DNA of 63,996 nucleotides, filler included, from Basidiobolus ranarum (Eukaryota): NCBI GenBank assembly GCA_040143965.1. It is 6 parts of 6 records of this genome, joined end to end, with 100 filler letters (N's around TTAATTAATTAA, not from the genome) between each part and the next. Parts side by side here need not be neighbours in the genome. Positions count along the whole stretch, not along the records: positions 21,750 to 32,502 come from JASJQH010000668.1; positions 32,603 to 43,350 come from JASJQH010000669.1; 4 more parts are not named here. One strand, 5' to 3'. Shown piece by piece: positions 21,750 to 33,513 of this stretch (position 1 is its first letter; each line of letters starts with the position of its first letter). The notes under the pieces were generated by a model. It saw only the letters and a program-made list of their open reading frames with translations, ran no database searches and was not told where the DNA came from. The position numbers and the translations under genes were made by a program.

Positions 21750-24700
21750 TTGCAGATCTTTGTAATGGTGTGAAGAATTCAGTAAGTGGGACAGTAGAGC
21801 CTAAACTCACTGGCTCCTTTCCTTTTCCCTTGGGTTTTCTAACTTCCTGCTCATTGAATACTTCTTTAGCTGATTTTCTTTTCTTTTGCAAGTCAATTAT
21901 TACCTACATCTCTAAGATGTTTCATGAATACACCTACAGTAGTCCAATCGCCATTTGCTTGCAAAAACCCAAGATAAGCCACATGAAATAAGTCAAGCAC
22001 CTTCAGAGTAAGGCCTGGTTTTTGGTTTTTCAACCATTGGCTCAAATTGAGTTGATTTTGTGCAAGATTTTGCAAAGTTTCCAAGATGTCAAACTACTCA
22101 TCATCAGAGCAAGTAATGGCAGCTCTGACATTCAGAGTCTCTTGGTTTGCTGGTTTTCCTAAGATATTTCTACTTTCATGTGCCCAAGCAATGTTAAGTC
22201 ATTGTGTAGCCTTAATGGCCCAACACATATTCTGCTCTGCTATATTGTCACAGTGACATTCATATGTATGGTGTGGGATTGATTGAAATTCCATATGAGA
22301 ATGGATGTAGGCAGCAGCATATTGCTGTAGCTCAAGTACAGCATTCTAAAGATCCTGTATCATTGTTAAGTGACTCTCTAACTCTTGACTAGTCACTTCC
22401 AAATGCTGCATTAATTGTAATATTATGGCATTATTGCATGTCATGGCCTGTATAGCAATGTAATAGTTCTTACTTATGATTGCATACAAATCATTATGGG
22501 GTTCAGCCTGCAATTCCCTAGTTGTAATGACTGTGGCCAAATTTTCAATGGAAGGTTGTCCAATAGTTGGCACAGTAGCTATTTTGGAAGTTTATAGTTC
22601 TGATGATGTATCTGTTGAACTTTGCTCAACTATTGATTTACTACATAATTGGGTGATCAAGATCTCTTCACCTGCACTATAGTTGGAAAAGAACACATCT
22701 GGTAAATTAATCAATGCTTCATTGTTACTTGAGTTGGTTTCTGGCATATTAATGCCTTGTGAAGTGGATAATGGAATGCTAGACTGCCCATCAATTTAGT
22801 CCTCAATTCTTGTTATTTTTTTTCTTTTGTGCCCGCAGACTTTGGCTTGGAAGCCAATTTTGATTTTGAATGTTCTTTGAATGGCATTGAGATTTGCACA
22901 TGGTAAACTTGGTGCAATGAATCTGCTTGAAACTGCATATAATAAGCCAAAATTACCATCCATTACCAGAAATATCTTCAAAATCCCATGATCACTTCTT
23001 TGTAACACCATCTCAGATCACCTGTTGTTATTGCTGGGCCATACCTAAAATACCACCCTTATGTAGCAGGTGTTCTTTTTTCCACAGTATCCAGCTCATG
23101 TCCTAACATAAATGTTTAAAGAAGCCCTGCTATTATTGTCACAGATTCCTGTCCTATGAAAGCCAGAGGCTTCATAGAAAAAATAATCACCAGCATGGTC
23201 AATGTACAAAGCCACCAGCTGCACAAAGCCTGGTGAATATCAACAGCAATGAGCACACAAATTGACTTGAATTTTGCCCATTGAGGCCACTGGCTGTGCT
23301 TTGCCTCAAAGTTTTGGTAACACTGCCAAAGGTCAAGATGCCATGGAATTTCCACAGTTATATGACCAGAATAATGTAGGTAGAAATGCAACTTTGGTTG
23401 AACTAGTATGTCCAGACAATGTGAGGACATGCTGCTAAATGTTGACCTTGATTATCCCAGTACTGATGGTAGTAAACAGAAATTGAAGAAGAAGAGGGTG
23501 GTTTTGTTTCAGACTCTTTGGTATTGGCAAGCATCAGTCCACTGATAAAACTCACAGTAAAAGAAGCAGCTTTGATTTTTGAGGAGTGAAGAGTTGAATC
23601 CAATCATAGCCACCAGGGGTTTATTTGTTTTCTTACACTTTCACCACAGTTGACTGGCAACTGTTGCTTTCCACACACCTGGTACAAGTGGAAAACACTT
23701 GTCAATGGTAGGATTCCCCATCTTAAAGTTTTGATGATATCACCCAAATATAGATCATTGATCCAATTCCAAAGTATTCACCATAAAGCCAATGGTATTA
23801 CCAACATACTTGATGGATATCAACACCAGAATCTGAAAAGTCAAGGTTTCTTTGAGAACATATATGAACATTCATTTGCATTGGCTCTGGATGGTTTCTC
23901 ACTAAGCAAATATACCATTGGAAAGGCTTGCTGGCCAACAACTTTAATTAAGTTGAATCATCTTCCTTCTGAACATTATGAGAGTTGTAACATTTTGATA
24001 CTATCAAGCATATCTGTTCATAAATCACCAGTGCTTACAGATAGTTTCTTGGAGCCTTTGATTGTGGAATTTGAATGTTTATCTAATAGGGTTCAGATAG
24101 GTGAATATTTTATTAAAGCTAATATCATTGTATGTATTGGTGACACTCCTGCAATTAGTAAACATGGAGGTCCTGCTGGCACAATGCACTATCTGGCTGT
24201 AGATTTTGTCAAACTGATGGAGTCTACCCTATCAGGCATATGCATTACTATTATCCAAACACAAAACTAAACTCCATGATTTTACTCACAAGAGCTTGGT
24301 AAGATTTCAACATGATCACTGATATTAATTCATCAAATAGCCAGTCTAACATCAACCTTGATATTTGCCATAAGCCTATAATTATATTGCTAAAGGGGTT
24401 CAGCTGGAGCCAGAGCTTCCCATTAGGCACTATGCATTTACTATTCAACAACATTCACATACTATTTACTCAGCTATTCAGTGTAAAATTCAACATGAAT
24501 GAGCCATTTGAGATAGGTTCAAAGTTTGAGTTGATTGGGAAAATGCTTGAAAGCATCAAGATACCATCATATTTTACTGGGACTGCCACCAATATTGACT
24601 CATCTAGGCATTTGTTCAAATGCAAAGACTGGAAGTATTGGATTTGAATATATTCAGGTGTAATCTTGAAAAGATTTCTGCCTGAAAAGTATTAGCAACA

Positions 24701-25916
24701 TTGTGAGTTGTTTATGAATATTATTAATATATTCTTATGGCATTAACACATATTAGTAGATCTCAGCCAGATATAGCAACTGTGCAAACAATTTGTAATT
24801 GGATATGAAAAACTTTATTACAGATTTAAAGAAGATAGACTGAATCTATGCTGGTATTCAATGCATTTCCTGCTGCATCTTTTGCAATGCTTAGAGATTA
24901 TTGGCCCTTGCTATACATTCTGGGAGTTCCTATTGGAGTGCACCAGTTATCAAATGGTGCTGCATGTGAAGTTGTCAATATCACCAAAAGCTAATCTGAT
25001 TAAGAATGTATTAGCAAAATCAGCGATAGATTTAATGTAATTGGTTAAGGAGACTCTAGAGTACATTAATCTCCTAACAAAGGGCCCTTTTCAATGTGCC
25101 CATGGGTTTTTGTATTGTTTGAAAACAATAACAGCAACAGAACCCAATCCATGGACATAGAGTAAGGACCTCTATAAATTGGAATAATTTGTTTGGGTGA
25201 TAATCTGATGGTATTTTTAGGAAAGCTCCAATACAGACTTCTTGGTGAGATATATCAAGACACAAAGTATTATTGTTTTAGCCATGGGGTAATCTATTTG
25301 AGCCATGACCCATCTACTTGTGGCAGGGCATTTGTTGACTGCAAGTTGGGGATATTTTGGCTGAATTCTTGATGGAAATTGCCAAAATCCAAAATCTTAT
25401 TCTCATTGTGAATTGTAACAATAGTCAACTATTTGCCAAGTGCCAGTGCTATTTGAAATATCAGATGTTTAGCAACTTTTCCATCATTAGTTTGCTGGTA
25501 AAGAATATTGATGTTGTTGAGTTATGTCTGATCAGTCAAGTATGTGCAGATGTAGAGACTAAACACAACAAGATTCTTGTATTTTTTGATTCTCATTGTG
25601 GCTGGAATACAAAGCCTAAATATCTAAATAAAGGCATGCATATTAATTTGAATTCCTAGAGCAGTAAACCCAATAATCTGCTATTTGAAAATTAGAATAT
25701 TGCTAAATTACCAGAAATCAAATATTGCATGCCAAATTTGAGGATTGAACCTTTAACATGTATCAATTCCATCAGGATACCATCAAGCAGCCACCATCTC
25801 ATCATTAAGATCCCTGGTAGAATGCAAGCCTCCAATGTTGTGATGGCTCTCTGATGGTTTTGCAATTTGGAATGGTGGATCTTGTCCAGATCTAATCAAT
25901 TTTGTTTTTTTAAGGG
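21750..25916. mobile_element. Degenerate CACTA/En-Spm (CMC) DNA transposon: Tnp2-type transposase on + (~23100-25660) and a divergent second ORF on - (~22700 to <21750)
   Basis: LALDGF...ACWP, SFLEPLIVEFECL, CIGDTPAISK, HNALSGCRFC, TMHLLFNNI, FKCKDWKYW, HFLLHL..LEIIGPCYTFWEF (Transposase_21/DUF4218-type motifs); shared terminus ...TAAGGG at 25916. Confidence 0.85.
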
Positions 25917-26187
25917 ATATAAGTAGCAAAATGTGAAGCATGTGGTAAGGAAGACCTTAGGATGATATTTGCAAAGTGTGGGACTTCTAGTGCTACATAG
26001 GTTGGTGAAAGTATCCTAAGTAAATTCCAGTTCAGAATAAAGGTTGCTATCTTAGTGGGACAAAAGACATCTGAGACTTAGTTCTATATGACTATATATG
26101 TGCTAATGCAATGCTAATTTCAACACACACAGCTGCATGGCATTCACCAGCTATATGAAACATATGACTTGGTGCAGCAGCTGCCAT

Positions 26188-26932
26188 TGTTAGAGTATTT
26201 TTGAGCCTGTTAGAAGTAGTTTGGAAAATTTGAGGAATTGGTGGTTTACACTTGTTGATGTATTGAATATAAAGTTTACATTTATAGTTTTGTCAAGTCA
26301 TAAGCAAACTAATGTGTAGAATGTGTTAAGGAAGGTACCAGGAACATGTGTGCAAAGTTTGGGGCTTTTAGCATATGTTTCAAAAATCTAAATATCTGAG
26401 AACTTCCAAGTTGGTACAAATATTCCAAGTAAATTCTGATTGAGAAATATAGACAATATCTTAGTGAATTACAAGATAACTAAGTACTATATATGACTTT
26501 ATAGGTGTTTAGGCATTGTTAATTTCAATACTTTCCCTCAACAAAAAAATCATATAAACTAATTCTACTGAAGGTCTCAATTTCTCAAATTTCTGTGTAG
26601 ATAATGGTTTGGACAATAGATCAGCAATCAAGTCTTCCGTAGAACAATAAGTTAAGTCAATTTACTAGTTCTCTAAAGTCTCTCTAATGAAGTGATGCTT
26701 AATATCTATATCTTTGCTTCTATTATGAAACATCAAACTTTTTAGCTAATTTGATACAACTTTGATTATCTTGAAATATGGGAAGTGGTGAATTTTGAGA
26801 AAAACCTAAATATAGTGAGAGTTTTCTTAGCCATACTACTTCTTTTGTTGCTTCACAGGCAGCCATAAATTCTGCTTCTGTTGTTGGAAGTGCTACAGTA
26901 GGTTATTTCTTTGATTTCCAAGAAATAGCTCC
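26188..26932 (-). mobile_element. Ty1/Copia 3' end: RNase H, PPT and 3' LTR (26188-26530)
   Basis: GAISWKSKK*PTVALPTTEAEFMAACEATKEVVWLRKL...IFQDNQSCIKLAK; purine tract next to the LTR; interrupted at 26933 by a Gypsy LTR. Confidence 0.85.
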
Positions 26933-29690
26933 TGTTATGCACCAACATGAAAAGTTGTTTAACTTACACCATATCTATACAACTTTCATCAATATCTGTT
27001 TAGTATTTTGTCATTGCTTACTAGTCACCTGACCTTAATCAGTAACCTTAACATGTGACTTATCATCTGACTAACTCACTATTCTCTTATCTCTTCTGTT
27101 GGATCATATGATCATTCACATGATCATTATCCAATCGATATTTATCTCTGAGTTATCTGCCTAGATGCAAGTCAATTTAAGTCATAAGATTCATAACCTT
27201 TGATCTTTCACTGCCAAGACTTCAGCTGATTCATGACTCACTTATCTATCCATCTATCCAATCACATTTTATTTTATTCAAATTAGTCATCTGATATCTT
27301 GGTGCTGACTAATTCATCTTGCTATCAAAATGTATAAATCAAGCTAACTGAACCTTTTGGTTTAGTGTGTGTTTCAATGAATATAGTATCTCAACACTTC
27401 TCAGTGTTTCTTAACAAATCCAATATTCCCTTCTCATTTCTATCCAAGCCTAGTATCCACTAGCACCTACAGAACACCAAAGAAGGACACAATGCCAGCA
27501 AAGATCTCACCATATTTCTACACAAATTCACCAATGTTTTAGTTGCTCACTAACTAGATACAGATACCAACTGGGAAAGACTAATACCACTCTGCCTAGC
27601 AATGCAAGATGCTGACTAGGTAGAACATAGCATATTAACCACCAGTTCCTGGAAAGATGCCCAAGACAACTTTTGCAAGCACCTTGATGATTCACTCAAG
27701 AAAGTTCACCTTCACCATGATCTTTGCAGAATCAAAATGCAAAAGGGGGAAACTGTCCAACACTTCTGTGACAGGTTTTAAAGAAATATGCAAGAAGCTG
27801 GAGTGCAAGACTCTGATTCTTCACACACTGCCTACTTTCTCTCCAACTTAAATACCACTCTGCAGAACAATCTGGAGATTATTAAAGCTGCATATCCAAC
27901 ACATAGCTATGATAAGGTTTCAGAAGTAGCTGCATAGCAATCACCATGCTTGCTATTACAAGTAGCACTACTATCTCTGCTAACTGCCAACCTTATCAGT
28001 CAAGTTACCAAAACACCAATTCTACCAAGAACATCTCAAGTCCAAAGTACTGCCAACTTCATGGGAAAGGTTCCCATACTACCAATGATTGTAGAACTTT
28101 AGCAAACCAAGCAAACAAGTCAAACTCAACATCTGGCAAGCCAAACCAACCAACCACAAATACCAAAAATCCCTATGCTGATGACCACTTCTTTAAATGC
28201 AATAAACTTGGTCATAGAGCACCGGCCTATTCACAAAACAAAGCACCTATTGCTGAAGTGACCCAAGTCTCTGAGGATTCAATATAGCAACTGGATGATA
28301 TTCCTGCAGAAGATTTCACTAGTTTTGAAGAAGTTTATCAAGAACTCACAGCACAAGACTACCAAAACCTCTTGGACTGTTCAGCAAAAAATGCCACAGT
28401 CAAAGATAAGAAGCAATCAACCAACTGCCTTAACGCTATTGAAGTACCATTGATACTTAAAGGTCACCAATATGTAGCACTATTAGATACTGAATCTACC
28501 AACTCTATTGTCTCACCCCCAGTAATTGAAGAACTCAATTTGGAAATAGAAAAGCAACTTGGAAACATTATTCTTGCTGCTAAAGATGTTTCTGACTCAA
28601 GAATATGTGTCACTAACTCTGTTAATATTCAATGTGGAAATTCTCAAATTTTACACTACATGAAAGTCATGAATATTTTTGATGGACCATTAGTTGTTAT
28701 TGGTCTAGATATATTCACTCAACTTGGCTTTAATATAGGAGGACTACCAGTCACTTATCTTGGATTCAGCAAATCTCTACTACCTGATTCTGATCTTAAA
28801 CCAGAAGTAGTCCCAGAAACTCCTGAACAAGAAGAATTATCACCTTCCTTCCAAGTGTATGCAAACTCCAATAAAGTAGCCATCTAGCTAGCTATTGAGA
28901 GAAGCCAGAAAATCTCAAAGAACAGCTTTTGCACTATACAAGAGTTTCTTGTTAACTTGGAACCATCATCTGGAGAAGTCAATATCCAATTTCACTAAAG
29001 CTACAACCTTTGGTTGATGAAGTAGTACAGAAATGGGCTGATGATGGCATTATCACTCAAGCACCTGTTCACACTACCTTAAACAGTCCTTTGACTTTAG
29101 CACCAAAGAAGGATTCAGAAAGAATTCTTGCACTAAAAAGACCCTGTTTAAATCCAAGACCTCTAAATAAACTACTACTGGATTCTAAATTCCCTATCCC
29201 TAGGATCAATGACATCTTTTCCTCACTCTCTGGAGCACAAGTATTTTCTAAGTTGGATTTTAAGGATGCTTATCACCAACTTAAGATTCATCCAGACCAC
29301 CAACACAAGACTGCTTTCACTTGGAGAAATGTGCAATGGATGTTTCAAGGTGCACCCTTTGGACTCAAGACTTTGACCTGCAAGTTTCAAAGAGTTATGA
29401 CTATCATTCTCAAGGATACTAGTTATGCCTTAGTGTTTGTAGATGATGTTTTCACTTTCTCAACTGATAGAGCTGATCATGCAGCCCATGTTACCAATAT
29501 TATAAACCATATTACTTCTGCTGGACTTATTGTGAATGCTGAAAAATGCTGCTTTGCTTGTATTAAAATCAATCTACTTGGTTTTATTGTTACTCCTACA
29601 GGCCACCAATTGGATCCTTTCAAGATAGCCAACATGAAGGATTGGCCTAGGCCTACTACTGCTAAACAACTTCAGAACTAGATTTGTTCC
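26933..29690 (+). mobile_element. Degenerate Ty3/Gypsy element: putative 5' LTR (26933-27416), gag, protease, RT
   Basis: TGTTA...TAACA LTR; gag knuckles YCQLHGKGSHTTNDC and FKCNKLGHRA; protease ALLDTES; RT SPLTLAPKK, FSKLDFKDAYHQL, PFGLK, VFVDDV. Confidence 0.9.
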
Positions 29691-30202
29691 AATAAACTAG
29701 GTCAGATTGTGCCACTCAGTCCAGCCTGCTATCACACCATCTGGTGCAATCTGTCAATTACCATGGCTAGGTCCTACAACACTCAATTGGACACTGTATG
29801 GAACAATATGGCACTATCCCACCACAATCAGGCACAAAGATTTAGTTGGGGTTATTGTGCCAGCCTGTACCAAGTTACCCAATTTAGTATTGCTGAATAA
29901 AGACTTTGGGTATCTGACAAAGCAAGTTGATACTCTAGCTTGTAACTTACCAATTACTGAATGTGTGACAATAAAGAATTTATACGGTAACTTACCCAAT
30001 TAAATGTAGAACCAAGAAATTCGCACATTTTGAGGCCAATCTTTTGTCCCTCACTAACACAATATCTTGATTTTAAATTGTGCCCAATGGCTCCTGCATT
30101 ATAAACATCAGTAGTTTTGGCACACTGGTGACAAATCACAGCACTCAATGAAGTATTGATCTGCAGTATGATAGCAATGATCAGGATCACTTGATTCATC
30201 AT
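29690..30202 (-). pseudogene. Possible decayed small secreted Cys-rich protein gene
   Basis: AAAAATG start, signal-like MMNQVILIIAIILQINTSLS, several Cys, a TGG|GTAAGT donor, then a Cys-rich downstream frame with stops (DCGGIVPYCSIQCPIECCRT*...DCTRWCD). Confidence 0.3.
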
Positions 30203-30519
30203 TTTTAGATTGGCAAATCATTCATTCAATCATGTAAGCTTCTAATTGGGTGAGAATGTGAGCAGATTGAGCCATATCAAGCCAATACAGCTGCACAAGC
30301 TTTGTATTCAGACTTTTTTCATTTAATTATAGTGAATTTGCCTGTATTAATAGGCTATCATTTTTTTTTTGATAAATGGCAATTTCATGCTTTCAATGTT
30401 TCATAAAGACATAAGCAATTGTGATGCAACTAAAACAATTTATGCTATACTTAATTGCAATCCATATCAATTTTGCATGATGCACCAAACAGTAAAGATA
30501 GGATAATATGAGTATTAAA

Positions 30520-32015
30520 ACGAGCATTGAGCAGTTGCCCAGGTTTGAAGCGGTACATGCTGATTCACTTCTGTTTTTTTGTTGTATCCTTGGTATTTCC
30601 ATGGAAGGAACTTTGCTTAAACATCTGTACTGAGTTGGTTGGTTTGATCCTGCTGAAGTTCCTCTACCTTGGCTAGCATGAGTTGTGGCTTGAGATTGAT
30701 GTGCTGTTGTATGCAGTGGCTTGTTGAGTCTAGTTTGCAGTTTGTTTGTATCTACAGTCTCTTCTTCAGATGTGGAGCCTTCACTTAATGGGTCAACCAG
30801 CTATTGCTGCTGGTGTACAGCCCTGCACATTGACCTGGAATGTCTCTCTTGAACTTCATGCTCAACAGCTATTGATTCTTCAACTACGACAGAAGCTTCA
30901 TCTTTGTTGACTAGCCATGGCCATGGTTGCATAGCAATACATGTTGGATCAAGTTGGCTACTTCAGGTTTGAGTTTGGCAGTTCTTACCTCTTCAACGAT
31001 TGTAGAAGCTTCATCTCTTTTGACTGGCTGTGGCTGCATAGCAGTATGTGTTGGAGTAAGTTGGTACCTTGTGGTTTGTGTTTGGTGGTTATTGCTTCTT
31101 TAACCACAGTGGAAGCTTCATCTCATTTGACTGGCCATTACTATGGTCACATTCTAGTATGAGTTGGTGCAAGTTGTCTACCTTGAGGTTTGCGTTTGGC
31201 AGCTCTTGCCTCTTCAACCATAGTAGCAGCTTCATCTCTTTTGACTAGCCACCATGACCTCTGTTGCATAGTGCAACACATCAAAACATATTGTCTACCT
31301 TGAGGTTTGTGTTTGACTGTTATGGCTTCTTCAAGCTTAGTAAGAGCATCACTATCTCTCTCAAACACCCATTGTCTTGGTCTTGTGGGGGTATGCAGTA
31401 GTTGTTTCAGGATGTGCACAGCAAATATAACTGTAATATCCTAAGGGTTTTGTGAGGTGTTCAAAGGGTGCAATGACCACAATGGAATAACTCTGGGATA
31501 TACTGTAATACGGATCTGTCTCTTGCCTCTTGGGTCTTTGTGAAAGGGAATAAAGCCTCTAGAAATGTCTAAGGACTGATAAACCACAATTCAATGTCCA
31601 GCTTTATGGTAAATAATATGCTGGCACCTGACAAAAGAATATACTAGTTTCAATGTCCTTTGAGAATGTTCAGATAAAAAGGGTATATCCAATCAAAAAC
31701 AACTGTAAACTCTGCCAGCAGAGTCTTGAGTGAGGATGCTCTAGTAGTGACTTATACAAGGATATGAAAAGTTCCTTGCCTATGCAGACAAGGATAGGGA
31801 AAAACATATAAAGTATCAGAAATGTAACACCTACCTGTCAGTACTTCCTTTGACTGGTCAAGTCCTTTCTAGTCACACAGTAGCCTGTAACTGCCTCTAG
31901 TAGTCTCCCTTGCACTTCCTCTTCCAAGGTCTCATAAGCAGTGATGAAAATTCAAGGTGATCACTGGTAGAAATTGTTGGTTGAAAACCAGGATGCTTTT
32001 TATTTGAAGAGATAT
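30520..32015 (-). pseudogene. Decayed, unclassified multicopy gene with internal peptide repeats
   Basis: 31420-32015 is homologous to 61725-62295; the minus strand retains long open stretches and GT-AG intron-like segments. Confidence 0.45.
30877..31345. repeat. Degenerate ~107-117-bp tandem repeat (four units plus a partial)
   Basis: Unit starts TCTT(C/T)AA at 30877, 30990, 31097, 31211 and 31328, with shared cores AGCTTCATCT...TTGACT and ACCTTG.GGTTTG.GTTTG. Confidence 0.85.
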
Positions 32016-32053
32016 GGCTCTAGTTTGTTGAAGTTTATTGTCTTTATCATATT

Positions 32054-32502
32054 TGTTATCTCTATCTTTAGACACCTAACTATTTCATATATCACATATA
32101 AGCTAGTTAACATTACTTAGTCAAATATCACTTGGCTGAAAATTGTAGCATATATTATATATACATGAATAATGTGAGAATTAGCAATTCCATTTTGGAA
32201 ATGTCAAACTCATCAAAATTGCCCCTACGGTAGCTCATTTTACTCCCACAGGTGTACTGAACACAACCCCAGTGTTATTTTTGCTATATTTCCAGCAAAA
32301 TGTATAAAAGCTTTATTTCTTGACAATAAAGATTTATGTCACAAAGCTATGCACAACTCCACTTTTCTAGAGTTCCTCCAAACAGCCCATATTTTCCCAA
32401 TAGGTTATAAGCCCCATGTTCTAACTTTTAGAGCATGACAGAAACCCCTACAACCACTTTTTTTAACTCAAGTGTTGATAAGCTTGATGGAGAAAATTAG
32501 AA
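32054..32502 (+). mobile_element. Ty1/Copia 5' end: LTR (~32054-32402), PBS (32403-32414), gag start
   Basis: GGTTATAAGCCC directly after the LTR end resembles the half-tRNA-iMet PBS; gag begins MTETPTT...VDKLDGEN*; LTR resembles 43121-43200. The LTR start is approximate. Confidence 0.7.
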
Positions 32503-32602
32503 NNNNNNNNNNNNNNNNNNNNNNNNNNNNNNNNNNNNNNNNNNNNTTAATTAATTAANNNNNNNNNNNNNNNNNNNNNNNNNNNNNNNNNNNNNNNNNN
32601 NN
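32503..32602. other. Artificial contig linker
   Basis: N44-TTAATTAATTAA-N44. Confidence 0.98.
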
Positions 32603-32673
32603 GTCAACTTGAGATGATTCTACGCATTGTTGACCGACGGTTCTATTAATGTTAGTGCACCGAGGAACGTCAA

Positions 32674-33036
32674 ATGGGCTCCACTCGCATTAGTCAAGCA
32701 CCTGAGGGTGGTAGTTTCCGCTTTAGCTCCCGACTAAACCCTCCAAATCCTCCCTCTGTACCCAGAAATGGCATCTCTGGTATATCTGGTGGAAATCTGC
32801 CTATGCGAATTCCATCTGGATTTCGACGAAAGGTTGTTAATGGAGGGGAGTCAGATGTTAGAGTCAAATCCAACAGCTTAGGAAACAGTGAACGAGTGTA
32901 AGTAGGCGACATATGTAGATTCCTCGTATGTTGATTTTTCTTATTCCTCACCAACATTTATAGACTACCAATGACCGGCACCCCGAATTTCAAAACCTCT
33001 GGAAACCTCGACGCTGTTCATGGTTATCGCGGATAG
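32674..33036 (+). CDS. 3' end of a hypothetical low-complexity protein, probably 5'-truncated
   Basis: ORF ...NSLGNSER, GTAAGT donor, TAG acceptor at 32963, last exon LPMTGTPNFKTSGNLDAVHGYRG* ending at 33036. Confidence 0.5.
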
Positions 33037-33513
33037 AGTTTCAATGCCTTTTCTTTGTATCATGTGGAATCAACTCATTCAGTTCCCTCCTCTTCAACTG
33101 GATATCCTGCCTCCCTTGCCTTGTATTTTTTCTATAAACCCCTTGATAGTTCACAGTGCTAACAGTGATCTCCCTTCTGTGGTACACATCGAATATGCCC
33201 CTTTCAGATGTATTGACTGGCTACAGAAATTAAACCCATCTATTATTTGTGAGATCCAATTTTGACCAATTTCTCTCAGAATGATGACTTAATATATCCA
33301 ATACTAAATGATGCAGAGATACATTGGAGAGTATTAAATTACCACATATGGGAATGGAGCATAATCACAATCATTATTGCTTAGTTCAATCCCTGATTTC
33401 CTTAATCTGAGTGGAAGACGTAATATCTATATTACCTCAGGTCCTTTTGCGCTTGTCTTCGTTCGTTAACCTCCAACCATCACACTTAATCCCTCCAAGT
33501 TAATCTTATCAAT

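Noticed and set aside
30877..31345. Regularly spaced repeats resembling a CRISPR array
   Set aside because: Whole units are homologous with no unique spacers, the context is eukaryotic, and there are no cas genes.
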